Source of the DNA: Candidatus Anstonellales archaeon
GTDB lineage: Archaea; Micrarchaeota; Micrarchaeia; Anstonellales; J096
Direction: 5' to 3'
Length of the DNA: 64,000 nt
Assembly (NCBI GenBank): GCA_038896535.1
Contig: JAWACY010000002.1
Location: 96,001-160,000 of the forward strand
Program-made: the position numbers and the translations under genes
Notes under the pieces: model-generated
Databases searched by the model: none
What the model was told of the DNA's origin: nothing
Seen by the model: the letters and a program-made list of their open reading frames with translations, nothing else
Shown: positions 30,733 through 40,773 of the stretch, piece after piece
Position numbering within the stretch: position 1 is the first letter of the stretch
Layout of the letters: every line of letters begins with the position of its first letter

Positions 30733-31410
30733 TCAGCCATAAACTTTTGGTTGCTCTGATGGAAAATGAATAAATATTTTACTTATTTCTTCCTTTATTT
30801 TCTCTTTCTCTTTCTTATCTATTTTTATTTTATCTAATTTCTCCTCCCATTGTTTTAAAGAATCAAGCACTGCTGCTAAAAGTTCATCTTTTGTAATGTC
30901 AGAGAGCACTATTAAGAGTTGTGCTGCATAACTGTTTTTTGATTGCCCCAACCCTTTTATCGCCCTCAAAGATAAAAGCCTCGATTCCTGCGTATTAAGA
31001 TTTAAATATCTCGTCAGATGGAAGCTTAATAATTTCAAGCTCAATGTATCATCAAAATTTAGCAATAATGATAAAAAGTCATCTATGCCATCAAAAGAGG
31101 AAGTGTAATCAAGCACTGCTGTTGTTATATCTTCTGCTTTTATATTTTGCCCCCTTTCTTTTGCAAGTGACATGCTTAAAAAATCTCTAAAATATCTAAA
31201 TGAGCTTAACCTTTCATTTATTATGGCTATAATATAACCCTTTATTACATCATCATTTTTTTTGTATATCTCTACCAATTCCTTTTTCAAGCTCTCTTTA
31301 TCAGCCCATGATAATGCAACAGGATAAGATGATATATCACTAATAATTTTTCTTACCCTCTCTCTTATAATTTCATAATTCACATTTTCTTTTGGCATTT
31401 TATCCCTCAT
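30733..31410 (-). CDS. Hypothetical helical (HEAT-like) protein
   Basis: 225-aa ORF, translationally coupled to the upstream gene. Confidence 0.7.
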   Translation of the reverse strand: MRDKMPKENVNYEIIRERVRKIISDISSYPVALSWADKESLKKELVEIYKKNDDVIKGYIIAIINERLSSFRYFRDFLSMSLAKERGQNIKAEDITTAVLDYTSSFDGIDDFLSLLLNFDDTLSLKLLSFHLTRYLNLNTQESRLLSLRAIKGLGQSKNSYAAQLLIVLSDITKDELLAAVLDSLKQWEEKLDKIKIDKKEKEKIKEEISKIFIHFPSEQPKVYG

Positions 31411-31820
31411 ATGATTTTTATTTCTAAATCAGCAATTAAATGTGAGGCATAGGATATAAAAGCATATACTACCTGCTCTTGGATAATAAAAAATATAAAA
31501 CCAGTATATAATAACAATGCAACAATCGAATGCGTAAAACCCCTATGCCTTGGTATAAAAACCACTGTTAATATATAAACAATTAAAACAATTGCACTAT
31601 AAAGAACATTGTTTGTGAAAAGCCATAATGCAAATGCAAAAGCAATAGATAAGGCAAAAACAAGTTTTCTTATTATGCTTGTTCCTATGTCTATGTCTGG
31701 GAGAAGTGATGATATAATTATTAATGGAACTGCCATCATAAAATTTTCTATGTCATTTTTATAAAATGCTGCAAAAAGGCAGAGAACAAGTGCTACTATG
31801 ATATGCATATACCATTGCAT
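31407..31820 (-). CDS. YdjM-like membrane-bound metal-dependent hydrolase
   Basis: SLLPDID, HRGFTHS, YASHLIAD. Confidence 0.9.
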   Translation of the reverse strand: MQWYMHIIVALVLCLFAAFYKNDIENFMMAVPLIIISSLLPDIDIGTSIIRKLVFALSIAFAFALWLFTNNVLYSAIVLIVYILTVVFIPRHRGFTHSIVALLLYTGFIFFIIQEQVVYAFISYASHLIADLEIKII

Positions 31821-31868
31821 AATAAAGAAAAAATGATAAAATTTAAATACTTATTACAAAATGATATT

Positions 31869-33689
31869 ATGTGCGGTATAACTGGTTATATAGGAAAATT
31901 GCCTGCATCAATAGAAGCAATAAATGCGTTGTCAATACTCGAATATAGGGGATATGATTCAGCAGGCATAGCTGCAAGTAATGGAAAAAATATTATAACA
32001 AAAAAATTGAACGGATATGTAGAAGAGCTTAAAAAAGAAGTGCTGACAAACAAGATTTTTTTGAGCACTGATTATTATATGGCAATAGCCCATACAAGAT
32101 GGGCTACACACGGAAAGCCAACAATGAAAAATGCACACCCTCATTTAAGTTGCAATAATGAAATTGCTATAGTACATAATGGGATAATAGAAAATTATGA
32201 AGAAATAAAGGAGATGCTTATACATAAAGGCCATGTCTTTAATTCAGAAACTGATTCAGAAGTTATAGCACATTTAATAGAAGAGCATATGAAAAGCAAA
32301 ACATTCATAGAAGCAACAAAAAAGGCATTAGAAATGCTTAAAGGAACTTATGGACTTGCAATTTTATCAAGTAAGCATGATTGCATAATATGCGCAAGAT
32401 TAGCCAGTCCATTAAAAATAGGCGTTGCAAATCATGGCTTTTATATAAGTTCTGACGTTAATGCCTTAATAGGCAGGGCACAAAAATACCTTTCCTTGAA
32501 TGATGGGCAGATTGCAATAATAAAAAGGGATTCTTACAAAATAGAAGGAAATGCTGAATTAAAGGCAATTTCATTTACAAAAGATGAAGTCTCAAAAGGA
32601 GCTTTCCCAACTTATATGCTTAAAGAGATATTTGAACAAGAAAAAGCTGTCAGGATGGCATTGTCTGGAAAAAGCAACTTTGGCAGGCTTAAATTGCTTA
32701 AAGAACAGATAAATAAGGGAAATGCTGAATATGGCCTTGGAGATATTGGCAGCATTAATGTTTCATACATGAAAAAAGTAAAGAGAATTGCATTGATAGG
32801 AGCAGGCACATCTTACCATGCTTGTTTATTGGGCTCATATTTATTTAATTCCATAAATGATTTTGAAGCACATGCATTTCTATCATCAGAAGCGATAAAA
32901 ACAATAAAGCCGCATTATGACCTATACATATTTATAAGCCAATCAGGAGAAACAGCAGATACGATTGAAGTATTAAGGCAAGTAAACAAAATGGGTAAGC
33001 CAACATTTGGCATATGCAATGTGCCTGGAAGCACAATAGCAGAAGAAACAATGGGGGGCAAATTTACCTATGCTGGCCCAGAGTTAAGCGTTGCTTCAAC
33101 AAAATCTTTTACAACACAGCTTGCAGTTCTATATCTCATGTATTTATACTTTAAAGCTGTTAATAATATTGATGTAGAGCAGGAATTAAAAGAACTTGAA
33201 AGACTGCCGGAAAAAATAGGAAAATGCATAATGGAAAATGATAAGAAAGCAAAAGATCTTGCATATGAAATAGGAAATTCAAATTATCTTATTTACATAG
33301 GAAGAAATTTATACTACCCAATAGCACTTGAAGGAGCATTGAAAATGAAGGAGATAGCTTATATTCCATGCATCGCATATGCAGGAGGGGAATTAAAACA
33401 CGGCCCATTAGCACTTGTTAATGAAAATACTAATGTCATAGCAATAAATCCTGAGAATGAAGCAAAGCATGAGATGGAAAGCAACATAAAAGAAGTTGAA
33501 GCAAGGAGGGGAAATATTATACTCATATCTGATCATAATGCTAATTTCAATTTGCCCAAAACAATGCCAGTATTTTATCCAATTCTCTCTATATTACCAT
33601 TACAACTCTTAGCACATCATACAGCTACAATAAAAGGGAATAACATTGATAAGCCAAGGAATTTAGCAAAAAGTGTTACTGTAAAATAA
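31869..33689 (+). CDS. glmS: Glutamine-fructose-6-phosphate transaminase
   Basis: MCGITG start, LEYRGYDSAG, HTRWATHG, SQSGETADT, PRNLAKSVTV. Confidence 0.98.
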   Translation: MCGITGYIGKLPASIEAINALSILEYRGYDSAGIAASNGKNIITKKLNGYVEELKKEVLTNKIFLSTDYYMAIAHTRWATHGKPTMKNAHPHLSCNNEIAIVHNGIIENYEEIKEMLIHKGHVFNSETDSEVIAHLIEEHMKSKTFIEATKKALEMLKGTYGLAILSSKHDCIICARLASPLKIGVANHGFYISSDVNALIGRAQKYLSLNDGQIAIIKRDSYKIEGNAELKAISFTKDEVSKGAFPTYMLKEIFEQEKAVRMALSGKSNFGRLKLLKEQINKGNAEYGLGDIGSINVSYMKKVKRIALIGAGTSYHACLLGSYLFNSINDFEAHAFLSSEAIKTIKPHYDLYIFISQSGETADTIEVLRQVNKMGKPTFGICNVPGSTIAEETMGGKFTYAGPELSVASTKSFTTQLAVLYLMYLYFKAVNNIDVEQELKELERLPEKIGKCIMENDKKAKDLAYEIGNSNYLIYIGRNLYYPIALEGALKMKEIAYIPCIAYAGGELKHGPLALVNENTNVIAINPENEAKHEMESNIKEVEARRGNIILISDHNANFNLPKTMPVFYPILSILPLQLLAHHTATIKGNNIDKPRNLAKSVTVK

Positions 33690-33739
33690 GAAAGTGAATA
33701 AGAAGGTAAATAAGAAAGATTTTTTAACCCTACTATTGA

Positions 33740-34522
33740 ATGTTGGTTATGGACAAAAAAAAGGTTGCTGAATACATAAAAGAAAGGCTTGAAAAACAAG
33801 GAGCTATGATATTCTCACTTATTGACCCTCTGGATTATAAAAATGAGGAAGAAATTTTTAGAACAGCAAAAAATTTGAATGAAGGAAATGTTGATTGCAT
33901 CCTTATTGGCGGCTCAATAGGTGTGCAGGGCCATTATTTAGATGAAATAATAAAAGGCATAAAAAGCATATCATCTATCCCTATTATCCTATTTCCAGGC
34001 AATATAGGGACATTAAGCCCATTTGCTGATGCTGTTTATTTTATGAGCTTATTAAATTCTAGAAATAATTACTGGATAACAAGGGCACAAATGCTTGCTG
34101 CTCCTGTTGTAAAAAAGATTGGCATAGAAGCATTATCTGTTGCTTATCTTGTTGTTGAGCCTGGTGGCTCTGTTGGCTTTGTAGGAGAAGTTGACCTATT
34201 ACCAAGAAGCAATTTAAAAGTTGCCAGCGCATATGCAATGGCTGCTGAAATAATGGGCTTTAAATATATCCTAACTGATGCTGGCAGCAATCCAGACAGG
34301 CATATTCCTTTGCCATTTATTAAAGCAGTAAGAAATTCCACTTCACTGCCATATATTGTTGCTGGCGGGATAAAAAAGCCGGAGCAAGCAAAATCTATTA
34401 TAGAAGCTGGTGCAGACATTGTGCAGATAGGAACAGCATTCGAGCAAGATAACGGCTTAGAAAAAATAAAAGCTTTTGTCAATGCAGTAAGAGAAGCAGG
34501 AAAAAAGAGAAAGCAGTATTAG
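33740..34522 (+). CDS. Geranylgeranylglyceryl phosphate synthase (PcrB/GGGPS family)
   Basis: LIDP, IGGS, PIILFPG, MSLLNSRN.YWI. Confidence 0.93.
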   Translation: MLVMDKKKVAEYIKERLEKQGAMIFSLIDPLDYKNEEEIFRTAKNLNEGNVDCILIGGSIGVQGHYLDEIIKGIKSISSIPIILFPGNIGTLSPFADAVYFMSLLNSRNNYWITRAQMLAAPVVKKIGIEALSVAYLVVEPGGSVGFVGEVDLLPRSNLKVASAYAMAAEIMGFKYILTDAGSNPDRHIPLPFIKAVRNSTSLPYIVAGGIKKPEQAKSIIEAGADIVQIGTAFEQDNGLEKIKAFVNAVREAGKKRKQY

Positions 34523-34657
34523 GCTCGTATTAGGCTTATATTGTCAAGACTTTTAAATATCAAATGCGCTCATCTCTTCCGTGTTTATGCCTATTAAAAA
34601 TTAATGGTAAAAAATCAATCTAAAATCCTAACTGCAACAATTAATGCCTAATTGATT

Positions 34658-35323
34658 TTAGTTTAATCTTTCTGTTAGGGTTATATATGGGAATTCCTCT
34701 TGCAACATTTCATCTTCATCTCTTATGTAATCTAATGTTTCCAAGTCAGATTTTGCTTTGCCTGATAAGTCAAATAAATTCATTCTTGAAACGCCAGCGA
34801 GGACAAAACCAAAAACTTCTGTATTATCTTTCAATGCTTTTGCCTGCTCAATAATAGTTGTTTCGCTTTCCCCATGAGCTTCTTTTAATGCTTCTGTATT
34901 TTCTACTTTAATAACAAGCATTGCATTGAAGAACATATCTCTAAGCTTGCTAAAAGGAAATGAAAATATATTATTGGCTAAAGCATTTTTATCATCATTT
35001 TTACCGCCATTTTTATCATTTAATTTATTGTTATCATATACATAAAATTGGTAATATGGCAAATTTATGAGAACGCCTTTTTTCCTGTATGAATCCCTGC
35101 CTATTGGATAAAAAATTAGCAAATATTGCTCAAAAATTTCTTTGCCATTCAATGCATCTCCAAACTCATTAGGTGTTTTAATAGTTGCTTTCACTGCAAC
35201 AAAATCGCATTTTCTGAGTTTTTTTACCAACCCTTCATTGCCAGTTATTTGAATCTCAAAATAAGGTTTTTCTGCATTGCTTTTTTCTGCATTGTTTTTT
35301 TTATCCTTTAACATATCAACCAC
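34658..35323 (-). CDS. Hypothetical protein
   Basis: 221-aa ORF, no recognisable motif. Confidence 0.7.
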   Translation of the reverse strand: MVDMLKDKKNNAEKSNAEKPYFEIQITGNEGLVKKLRKCDFVAVKATIKTPNEFGDALNGKEIFEQYLLIFYPIGRDSYRKKGVLINLPYYQFYVYDNNKLNDKNGGKNDDKNALANNIFSFPFSKLRDMFFNAMLVIKVENTEALKEAHGESETTIIEQAKALKDNTEVFGFVLAGVSRMNLFDLSGKAKSDLETLDYIRDEDEMLQEEFPYITLTERLN

Positions 35324-35375
35324 AATATAATTGTTATATTACGTATTTAAAAATGTTTCTACTATAAAAATTATT

Positions 35376-36119
35376 ATGACACTATGCATGGGATTTGGGC
35401 AAAATAAAGAAATAAAAAGGAGTGCTGAAAATGATAAGAATAATGAAGGGTATAAGATAAAAAGCAAAATAGCATCCTTTTATGGATTAAAGGATAAAAT
35501 AAATGGGGATAAAATAAATGGGGGAATGAATAGAATCAAAAGAATGCCAAGAGCATTTGCCATTGCTTATGCTATTTTATCTTCTCTTTCCTACATTAAT
35601 GGATTAAATTATTTGGCTAAATCAAATATGGACATTGCTTTTTATAATAGCATTGCAGGAATTAATTTAAATACAAGAACAACAAATTATGAAGAAATGG
35701 CAAGAAAAATAAAAGAAATAAGGGCTGATTTTTTAACTAACTCAATAGAGATGAAATTATTGAACAACATGAACAGACAGTTTAAAGAAGGAGAAAAAAT
35801 AAATTTAGATATTGACATCACAGCAGATAAAGATCTTTATATAATGGCTGCTCTTATAGTAATAGGTGGAGGAAGAATGGCATTAATTGTTAATAAAGAG
35901 GAAGAAAATAATTTAACTATAAGGATTTCATTCACAATAAGTAAAGGGTTAATAAAAGAAATTAATGGGCTTAAAGTTTTATACTTAAAACTTATTGTTA
36001 GCGGGGTCGATAAAGAATTATTAGCAAAAAAAAGTACTAATGAAAAAATAGATAATGAAAATATAGATAAAGAAGACGTTTTAATAAAGGTGTTTAATCT
36101 TGCCATACCATTAGCTTAA
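35376..36119 (+). CDS. Hypothetical protein, possible single TM
   Basis: Start placed at ATG 35376 downstream of TTTAAAAA. Confidence 0.65.
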   Translation: MTLCMGFGQNKEIKRSAENDKNNEGYKIKSKIASFYGLKDKINGDKINGGMNRIKRMPRAFAIAYAILSSLSYINGLNYLAKSNMDIAFYNSIAGINLNTRTTNYEEMARKIKEIRADFLTNSIEMKLLNNMNRQFKEGEKINLDIDITADKDLYIMAALIVIGGGRMALIVNKEEENNLTIRISFTISKGLIKEINGLKVLYLKLIVSGVDKELLAKKSTNEKIDNENIDKEDVLIKVFNLAIPLA

Positions 36120-36180
36120 ATACAATTAGCTTATAGCACTAGTAGAGTTAAGTTTAAAAAACAAATTGAGAAAATGCTTT

Positions 36181-36759
36181 ATGCGAGATGTTGTTGTTGC
36201 AATATCAATATTATTAATAGTTGCTTTCATTATTAGCATATTGCTAATTTTTGCTACTGCAAAACAAACAGGCCAAATTTTAAGTGTGGAGAAACAATCA
36301 ATAGAGAACGCCATAATAGAAGACGCAAGCCAGAGATTCAGAGGGGCTGATATAATAGATATTGTAAAACTTACAAAAAAAGATAACAATGAGGTTGCAG
36401 TATTAAGAGTAACATATAATTATTCTTCAATATGCCCAAAAAGGGAGCATGTTTACTATTCTTATCCAGAAGGCAGGTTTTTGCCTCAATACCCAATAGA
36501 AGTAATAACATCTTGCGACTTATGCAGGAATAGCAATAATTGCTTAATCGCATATGAAGAGGAAGCAATCATTGCAAGCACAAATATTAAAGGCACTGAA
36601 AAACTTAGAGATTTCGTAATAAATGAAGGGGCCAGCCCGATACCAAAAAAGATAGGAGAAAATGTTTGGAAGGTTACATGGATCTCTGAAGATGGGAAGA
36701 TAGGCACGGCCAGCTTTACAAATAAAGGAGAGCTTATACAAGTTTCTGTTAGCTCTTAA
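36181..36759 (+). CDS. Membrane-anchored hypothetical protein with Cys motifs
   Basis: N-terminal TM; CPKR, C..C....C, IAYEEEAIIAS. Confidence 0.75.
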   Translation: MRDVVVAISILLIVAFIISILLIFATAKQTGQILSVEKQSIENAIIEDASQRFRGADIIDIVKLTKKDNNEVAVLRVTYNYSSICPKREHVYYSYPEGRFLPQYPIEVITSCDLCRNSNNCLIAYEEEAIIASTNIKGTEKLRDFVINEGASPIPKKIGENVWKVTWISEDGKIGTASFTNKGELIQVSVSS

Positions 36760-36778
36760 TTGCATTAAAGGTGGTAAA

Positions 36779-37885
36779 ATGATTGAATTAAAAGAACTGC
36801 CATTGGTAAAAGCAGATGAGCCATTATCTAAAGGCATTGCACTTTTATTAAAACCATCTCCGATTGTTGGTGTTTTAGAAGGCAATAACTTAATTGGGGT
36901 ATTAGATGACAGACATTTGAGCATAAGGGCAAAAGATGCTTCGCAGATAAAATGTTCCAGTGTTTCCATAAAGTGCCATAAAATAAAGAAAATCGGCAGC
37001 ATAGAGCATTTAATAAAAATTTTTGCTAACGAGCATTTCAAAGCACTTCCTGTTGTTGGAAAAGATAACAGGCCAGTTGGTTATTATTCAAGGAGCGAGA
37101 TATTAAAGGCAATTGTTGATAAAGGCCTTTTGCCAGATGTTAGCATAACAGATATTATGTCTGCTCCTATTTATACAATAGATTCAAATGCAACATTAGG
37201 AGAAGCAAAAGCAAGAATGAAAGAGCTGGGCGTAAAAAGATTGACAGTATTGGAGAATGGCAGATTAATTGGTGTCATATCAAGCTTTGATCTTATAGCA
37301 TTGAAAATAAAACCAAAACAAAGACAAAGCATGCAACTTGTAAAAGAAGTGAAAAATATTGAAAATACAAAAGTAAAAGAGCTTTTAAGAGAGCCATTGC
37401 TTATAGTAGCAAAAACAGATAGGCTTTATGATGTTGTAACAAAAATGTATGAAAAAAATGTTTCTTATGCATTAGTAGTTGAAAGCTTGGAAAAAAGAAA
37501 GCCAATTGGCATATTAACAGCAAGGGCGATATTCAAAAAAGTTTTAGAGAACATAGAAAAGCCAAAAACAAAAATAGAGATATCTGGATTAAAAGATAAA
37601 AATATGTGGGCCTTTGATGAGATAAAAGATGCATTTATGAAGTTGGCAGAAAAAATAAATAAAATAAAAAGCCTTGATAAAATATCAATAACAATCAAAG
37701 AAGGAAAAAGCACTTATCGTTATAATGTAGGGGTTTATTCAGAAGGCAAAATAGAGCATTTCCATTCAGAAGATGAAGAGCTTTTAATGGCTGCTTATAA
37801 AGTCATTGACATAATAAAAGCGCGGGCGTTAAAAGAAAAGGGAAGAAAACACTTAAGAAAACCGGCTGAAGAGGAATTTGAATGA
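36779..37885 (+). CDS. Four-CBS-domain protein with C-terminal HPF/RaiA-like domain (putative ribosome hibernation factor)
   Basis: Two CBS pairs, then KIEISGL...LDKISITIKE...YNVGVYSEGKIEHFHSEDEELLMAAYKVIDIIKAR, matching the HPF beta-alpha-beta3-alpha pattern. Confidence 0.75.
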   Translation: MIELKELPLVKADEPLSKGIALLLKPSPIVGVLEGNNLIGVLDDRHLSIRAKDASQIKCSSVSIKCHKIKKIGSIEHLIKIFANEHFKALPVVGKDNRPVGYYSRSEILKAIVDKGLLPDVSITDIMSAPIYTIDSNATLGEAKARMKELGVKRLTVLENGRLIGVISSFDLIALKIKPKQRQSMQLVKEVKNIENTKVKELLREPLLIVAKTDRLYDVVTKMYEKNVSYALVVESLEKRKPIGILTARAIFKKVLENIEKPKTKIEISGLKDKNMWAFDEIKDAFMKLAEKINKIKSLDKISITIKEGKSTYRYNVGVYSEGKIEHFHSEDEELLMAAYKVIDIIKARALKEKGRKHLRKPAEEEFE

Positions 37886-38307
37886 AAAAACATAGGGCAC
37901 AAGTTTCATTTGAATTGCTTGCTATTATCTTCTTTATTTTTGCATTATTTATCCCTATATTATATTTTTTTTACATAAGGTCTTCAGATATAACAAGGCA
38001 GGCATCAAATGATTATGCAAGTGCTTATTTAGATGCAATTTATTCAAATGCTTTATCTGTCTATCATGCTGGTAATGGCAGTTATGTCATAGCAGTCATA
38101 AATGTCCCGAATGGAATAAAGAATATTGCTATAAAAAATATAAACAGCATGCCAATATTACTTGTAATTGAAACTGAAGGCAGTAATATGACAAAGATCA
38201 TGCCAGCAAATACAACTATAGATGGAAAAGATAGATTGATATTGCCAGGAATAAGAGAGATAAACATAAGTTATGACGGAAATGCTATATTAATAAAGCC
38301 AAAATAA
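37882..38307 (+). CDS. Class III signal peptide (type IV pilin-like) protein
   Basis: KKHRA|QVSFE followed by a hydrophobic stretch. Confidence 0.85.
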   Translation: MKKHRAQVSFELLAIIFFIFALFIPILYFFYIRSSDITRQASNDYASAYLDAIYSNALSVYHAGNGSYVIAVINVPNGIKNIAIKNINSMPILLVIETEGSNMTKIMPANTTIDGKDRLILPGIREINISYDGNAILIKPK

Positions 38308-38344
38308 ACAGCAATAAATAAAAAAAGGCAGAATAAAATATTTT

Positions 38345-39610
38345 ATGGCAAGCGTTATAGCACTAATAGAAAAAAATAAAAAATTACTGATTGAATTACA
38401 TGAAAAGGATAAATCAATGTATTCAAATGCATTAACACTCCCAGGCGGGCATATAGAAAAGGGCGAAAACGAGGAGCAAGCATTAATAAGAGAAATGAAA
38501 GAAGAGCTTGACATTTTACCATTGAAATATAAAAAACTCGGCACATTCAAAGTAATAAAAGATTTTAACAATTATTCTTATGAGCATGTTTTTCACATAA
38601 CCTCATTTGAAGGCAAGATAAAAAAATTGTCAGCAAGCAATCTATTCTGGATAAATAAAAACATTGCTGAAAGTATGCTAGAATTAGAGCCAGATAAAAA
38701 TGCTGTTAGATTTCTATTCAAAAAGGGAAAACAAAGAGCATTAAAATGCTTTGGCATAGAATTCAAAACAAAAAATGTTTTTTTAGATTTTCATAAAAAA
38801 TATGGGCCAGTAACAGTAATAAAAGGGAAGAGAAACATTATGATAAAAAGCGGTGAAAAGCCGAAAAGTTCTGGTCTTTTTCTTGCATTTGAAACAGCAA
38901 AGAAAATGAAAAGTAATAAAGTTTATAAAGTTCTTGACATAGGCACTGGCAATGGAGCAGTTTTATTTGGCATATATGCATTTGCTGATATAGATTGCTA
39001 TTGCATAGAAAAGCATGCAGGTCCTTTAAAAGAATTAAAAACTAATGCTGAGATAAATAAATTGAGAAACATAAAAATAATAAGAAAAGATATAAATAAG
39101 GATATAAATTTAATAGAAAATAAGAATAAAACCTTCGATTTTATAACAAGCAATATAGCACAACTCCCATACAATGCTGGGATTATTAAAAAACTCAGAT
39201 TAAATAAAGAGAGCATAGATTATAATTTTGCTAAATCCAATGGCTGGCAAAATATAAAAAGCGTTTTGTCATTGTCAAAAAAAATATTGAATAAGGACGG
39301 AAAGTTAATGCTATTAATGTTTTCATTTTTAGGCACTTCTAAAAGAACTGGCAAAGAAAAATGTCTCATTGAATTAGCAAAAGACAATTTCTCATTTAGG
39401 CTATGTAATTCATATATAAGAAAGATAAGGGGCAATGGCATAACAGCATCTGCATTGCCAGCAATTGCAAAACACTACCCAAAAGCAGAATTTTTCTATT
39501 TGACAAAAAATGGAATTAAAAAATGCTATGCAAGAAAAGCATATAAAATGTTTTCTCATAATTTTCCATTATACACAAAAATGGAGGTCTGGGAGTTATG
39601 CAGAAGATAA
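38345..39610 (+). CDS. Nudix hydrolase fused to class I SAM-dependent (HemK-like) methyltransferase
   Basis: Nudix box PGGHIEKGENEEQALIREMKEELDI; VLDIGTGNG; FDFITSNIAQLPY. Confidence 0.85.
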   Translation: MASVIALIEKNKKLLIELHEKDKSMYSNALTLPGGHIEKGENEEQALIREMKEELDILPLKYKKLGTFKVIKDFNNYSYEHVFHITSFEGKIKKLSASNLFWINKNIAESMLELEPDKNAVRFLFKKGKQRALKCFGIEFKTKNVFLDFHKKYGPVTVIKGKRNIMIKSGEKPKSSGLFLAFETAKKMKSNKVYKVLDIGTGNGAVLFGIYAFADIDCYCIEKHAGPLKELKTNAEINKLRNIKIIRKDINKDINLIENKNKTFDFITSNIAQLPYNAGIIKKLRLNKESIDYNFAKSNGWQNIKSVLSLSKKILNKDGKLMLLMFSFLGTSKRTGKEKCLIELAKDNFSFRLCNSYIRKIRGNGITASALPAIAKHYPKAEFFYLTKNGIKKCYARKAYKMFSHNFPLYTKMEVWELCRR

Positions 39611-40167
39611 TTTTTATTGGCGGAGCTTCAGGAGTAGGAAAGACAACATTTGCTAGAGAACTCGCAATTAAAAACAAAGCAGAATATTTGCACTTCTTCA
39701 AGTATTTTCATTCATTTTTTGGGAAGCCTGATAAAAAGCATTATTATGAATTATTGAATTATTTTACTCAAATACTAATAAAGCAATTAAAAGCATCTGA
39801 CAATGATGTTTTCATTGACATGCATTATGCTCTCCAGTTAGATAGCATAAATTGTTGGAGTAAAAGGGCAGTTGATCCAAATGCAAAGTTTTATCCAAGC
39901 CTAAAAAAGGAAAGCATAAAATTGTTAAAAAGTTATTTTGATGTCTATGCTATAATGTTATTAACTGGATATGGAAACATTGATAAAAGATTTGGCATTA
40001 GAAAAGAGCAATTCGAAAAAGAACAAGAAGGAGAGCTAGAGCAATATTTAAATCTACCATTGGAGAATGAAAGGAAATTAATGCTATTAAGGACTGATCT
40101 AAAATTTATGGCTCAACTTCTTCAATCGTATATTCTGGGAAAAAGGCTGGAAAATCAAATGATTTAA
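39598..40167 (+). CDS. P-loop nucleoside-monophosphate kinase-like protein
   Basis: IFIGGASGVGKTT Walker A; FIDMH resembles the archaeal adenylate kinase DTH motif. Confidence 0.8.
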   Translation: MQKIIFIGGASGVGKTTFARELAIKNKAEYLHFFKYFHSFFGKPDKKHYYELLNYFTQILIKQLKASDNDVFIDMHYALQLDSINCWSKRAVDPNAKFYPSLKKESIKLLKSYFDVYAIMLLTGYGNIDKRFGIRKEQFEKEQEGELEQYLNLPLENERKLMLLRTDLKFMAQLLQSYILGKRLENQMI

Positions 40168-40714
40168 ACCTTTCATAATTTATTTCTTCTTTTTTCTTAT
40201 CATCTATTTTTGCTATTGTAACAACCTTCTTTTCTCTGTCCACATTTATTACTTCTAAACCAGCGAATTTAAAGAATGCTTTTATTTTTTCAATTTCATC
40301 TTTTATGACCTTTCTTAACTTAACTTTCACAATAACGCTCTTGCCAGCAAGTGGATGGTTAAAATCTATTGTCACTCTGCCAGCTTCTATTTTCTTAACA
40401 GTTCCTTGTATTGGTCCGTATGGCCCTTTAAATTCCAATGTCTGCCCTTCTCTTATATCAGCATTTGCAAAAGCAGATAGGGGATATGTCTTTACAAGGC
40501 TTAAATCTCTTTCCCCAAATGCTTCATGCTTGTTCAGCTCTTTTTCCATCTCTTGCCCTTCTTTAAGCCTGCCTATATCAATATCAATGGCATTGAATAT
40601 TGAATTATAACCATATATTATAAGCGCCCCTTGTTCTTTTGTTTCAATGCTTAAATCGCCATCTTTTTCTTTTATCTTGTAATCAACAACAAGAAAATCT
40701 CCAAATATTGCCAT
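40106..40714 (-). CDS. FKBP-type peptidyl-prolyl isomerase (SlyD-like)
   Basis: EAFGERD, RVTIDFNHPLAGK. Confidence 0.93.
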   Translation of the reverse strand: MAIFGDFLVVDYKIKEKDGDLSIETKEQGALIIYGYNSIFNAIDIDIGRLKEGQEMEKELNKHEAFGERDLSLVKTYPLSAFANADIREGQTLEFKGPYGPIQGTVKKIEAGRVTIDFNHPLAGKSVIVKVKLRKVIKDEIEKIKAFFKFAGLEVINVDREKKVVTIAKIDDKKKEEINYERFKSFDFPAFFPEYTIEEVEP

Positions 40715-40773
40715 TTTACCACCAATACATAATTAAAACATACGATTTTTAAATTCTCCTTAAAAATTCATTT

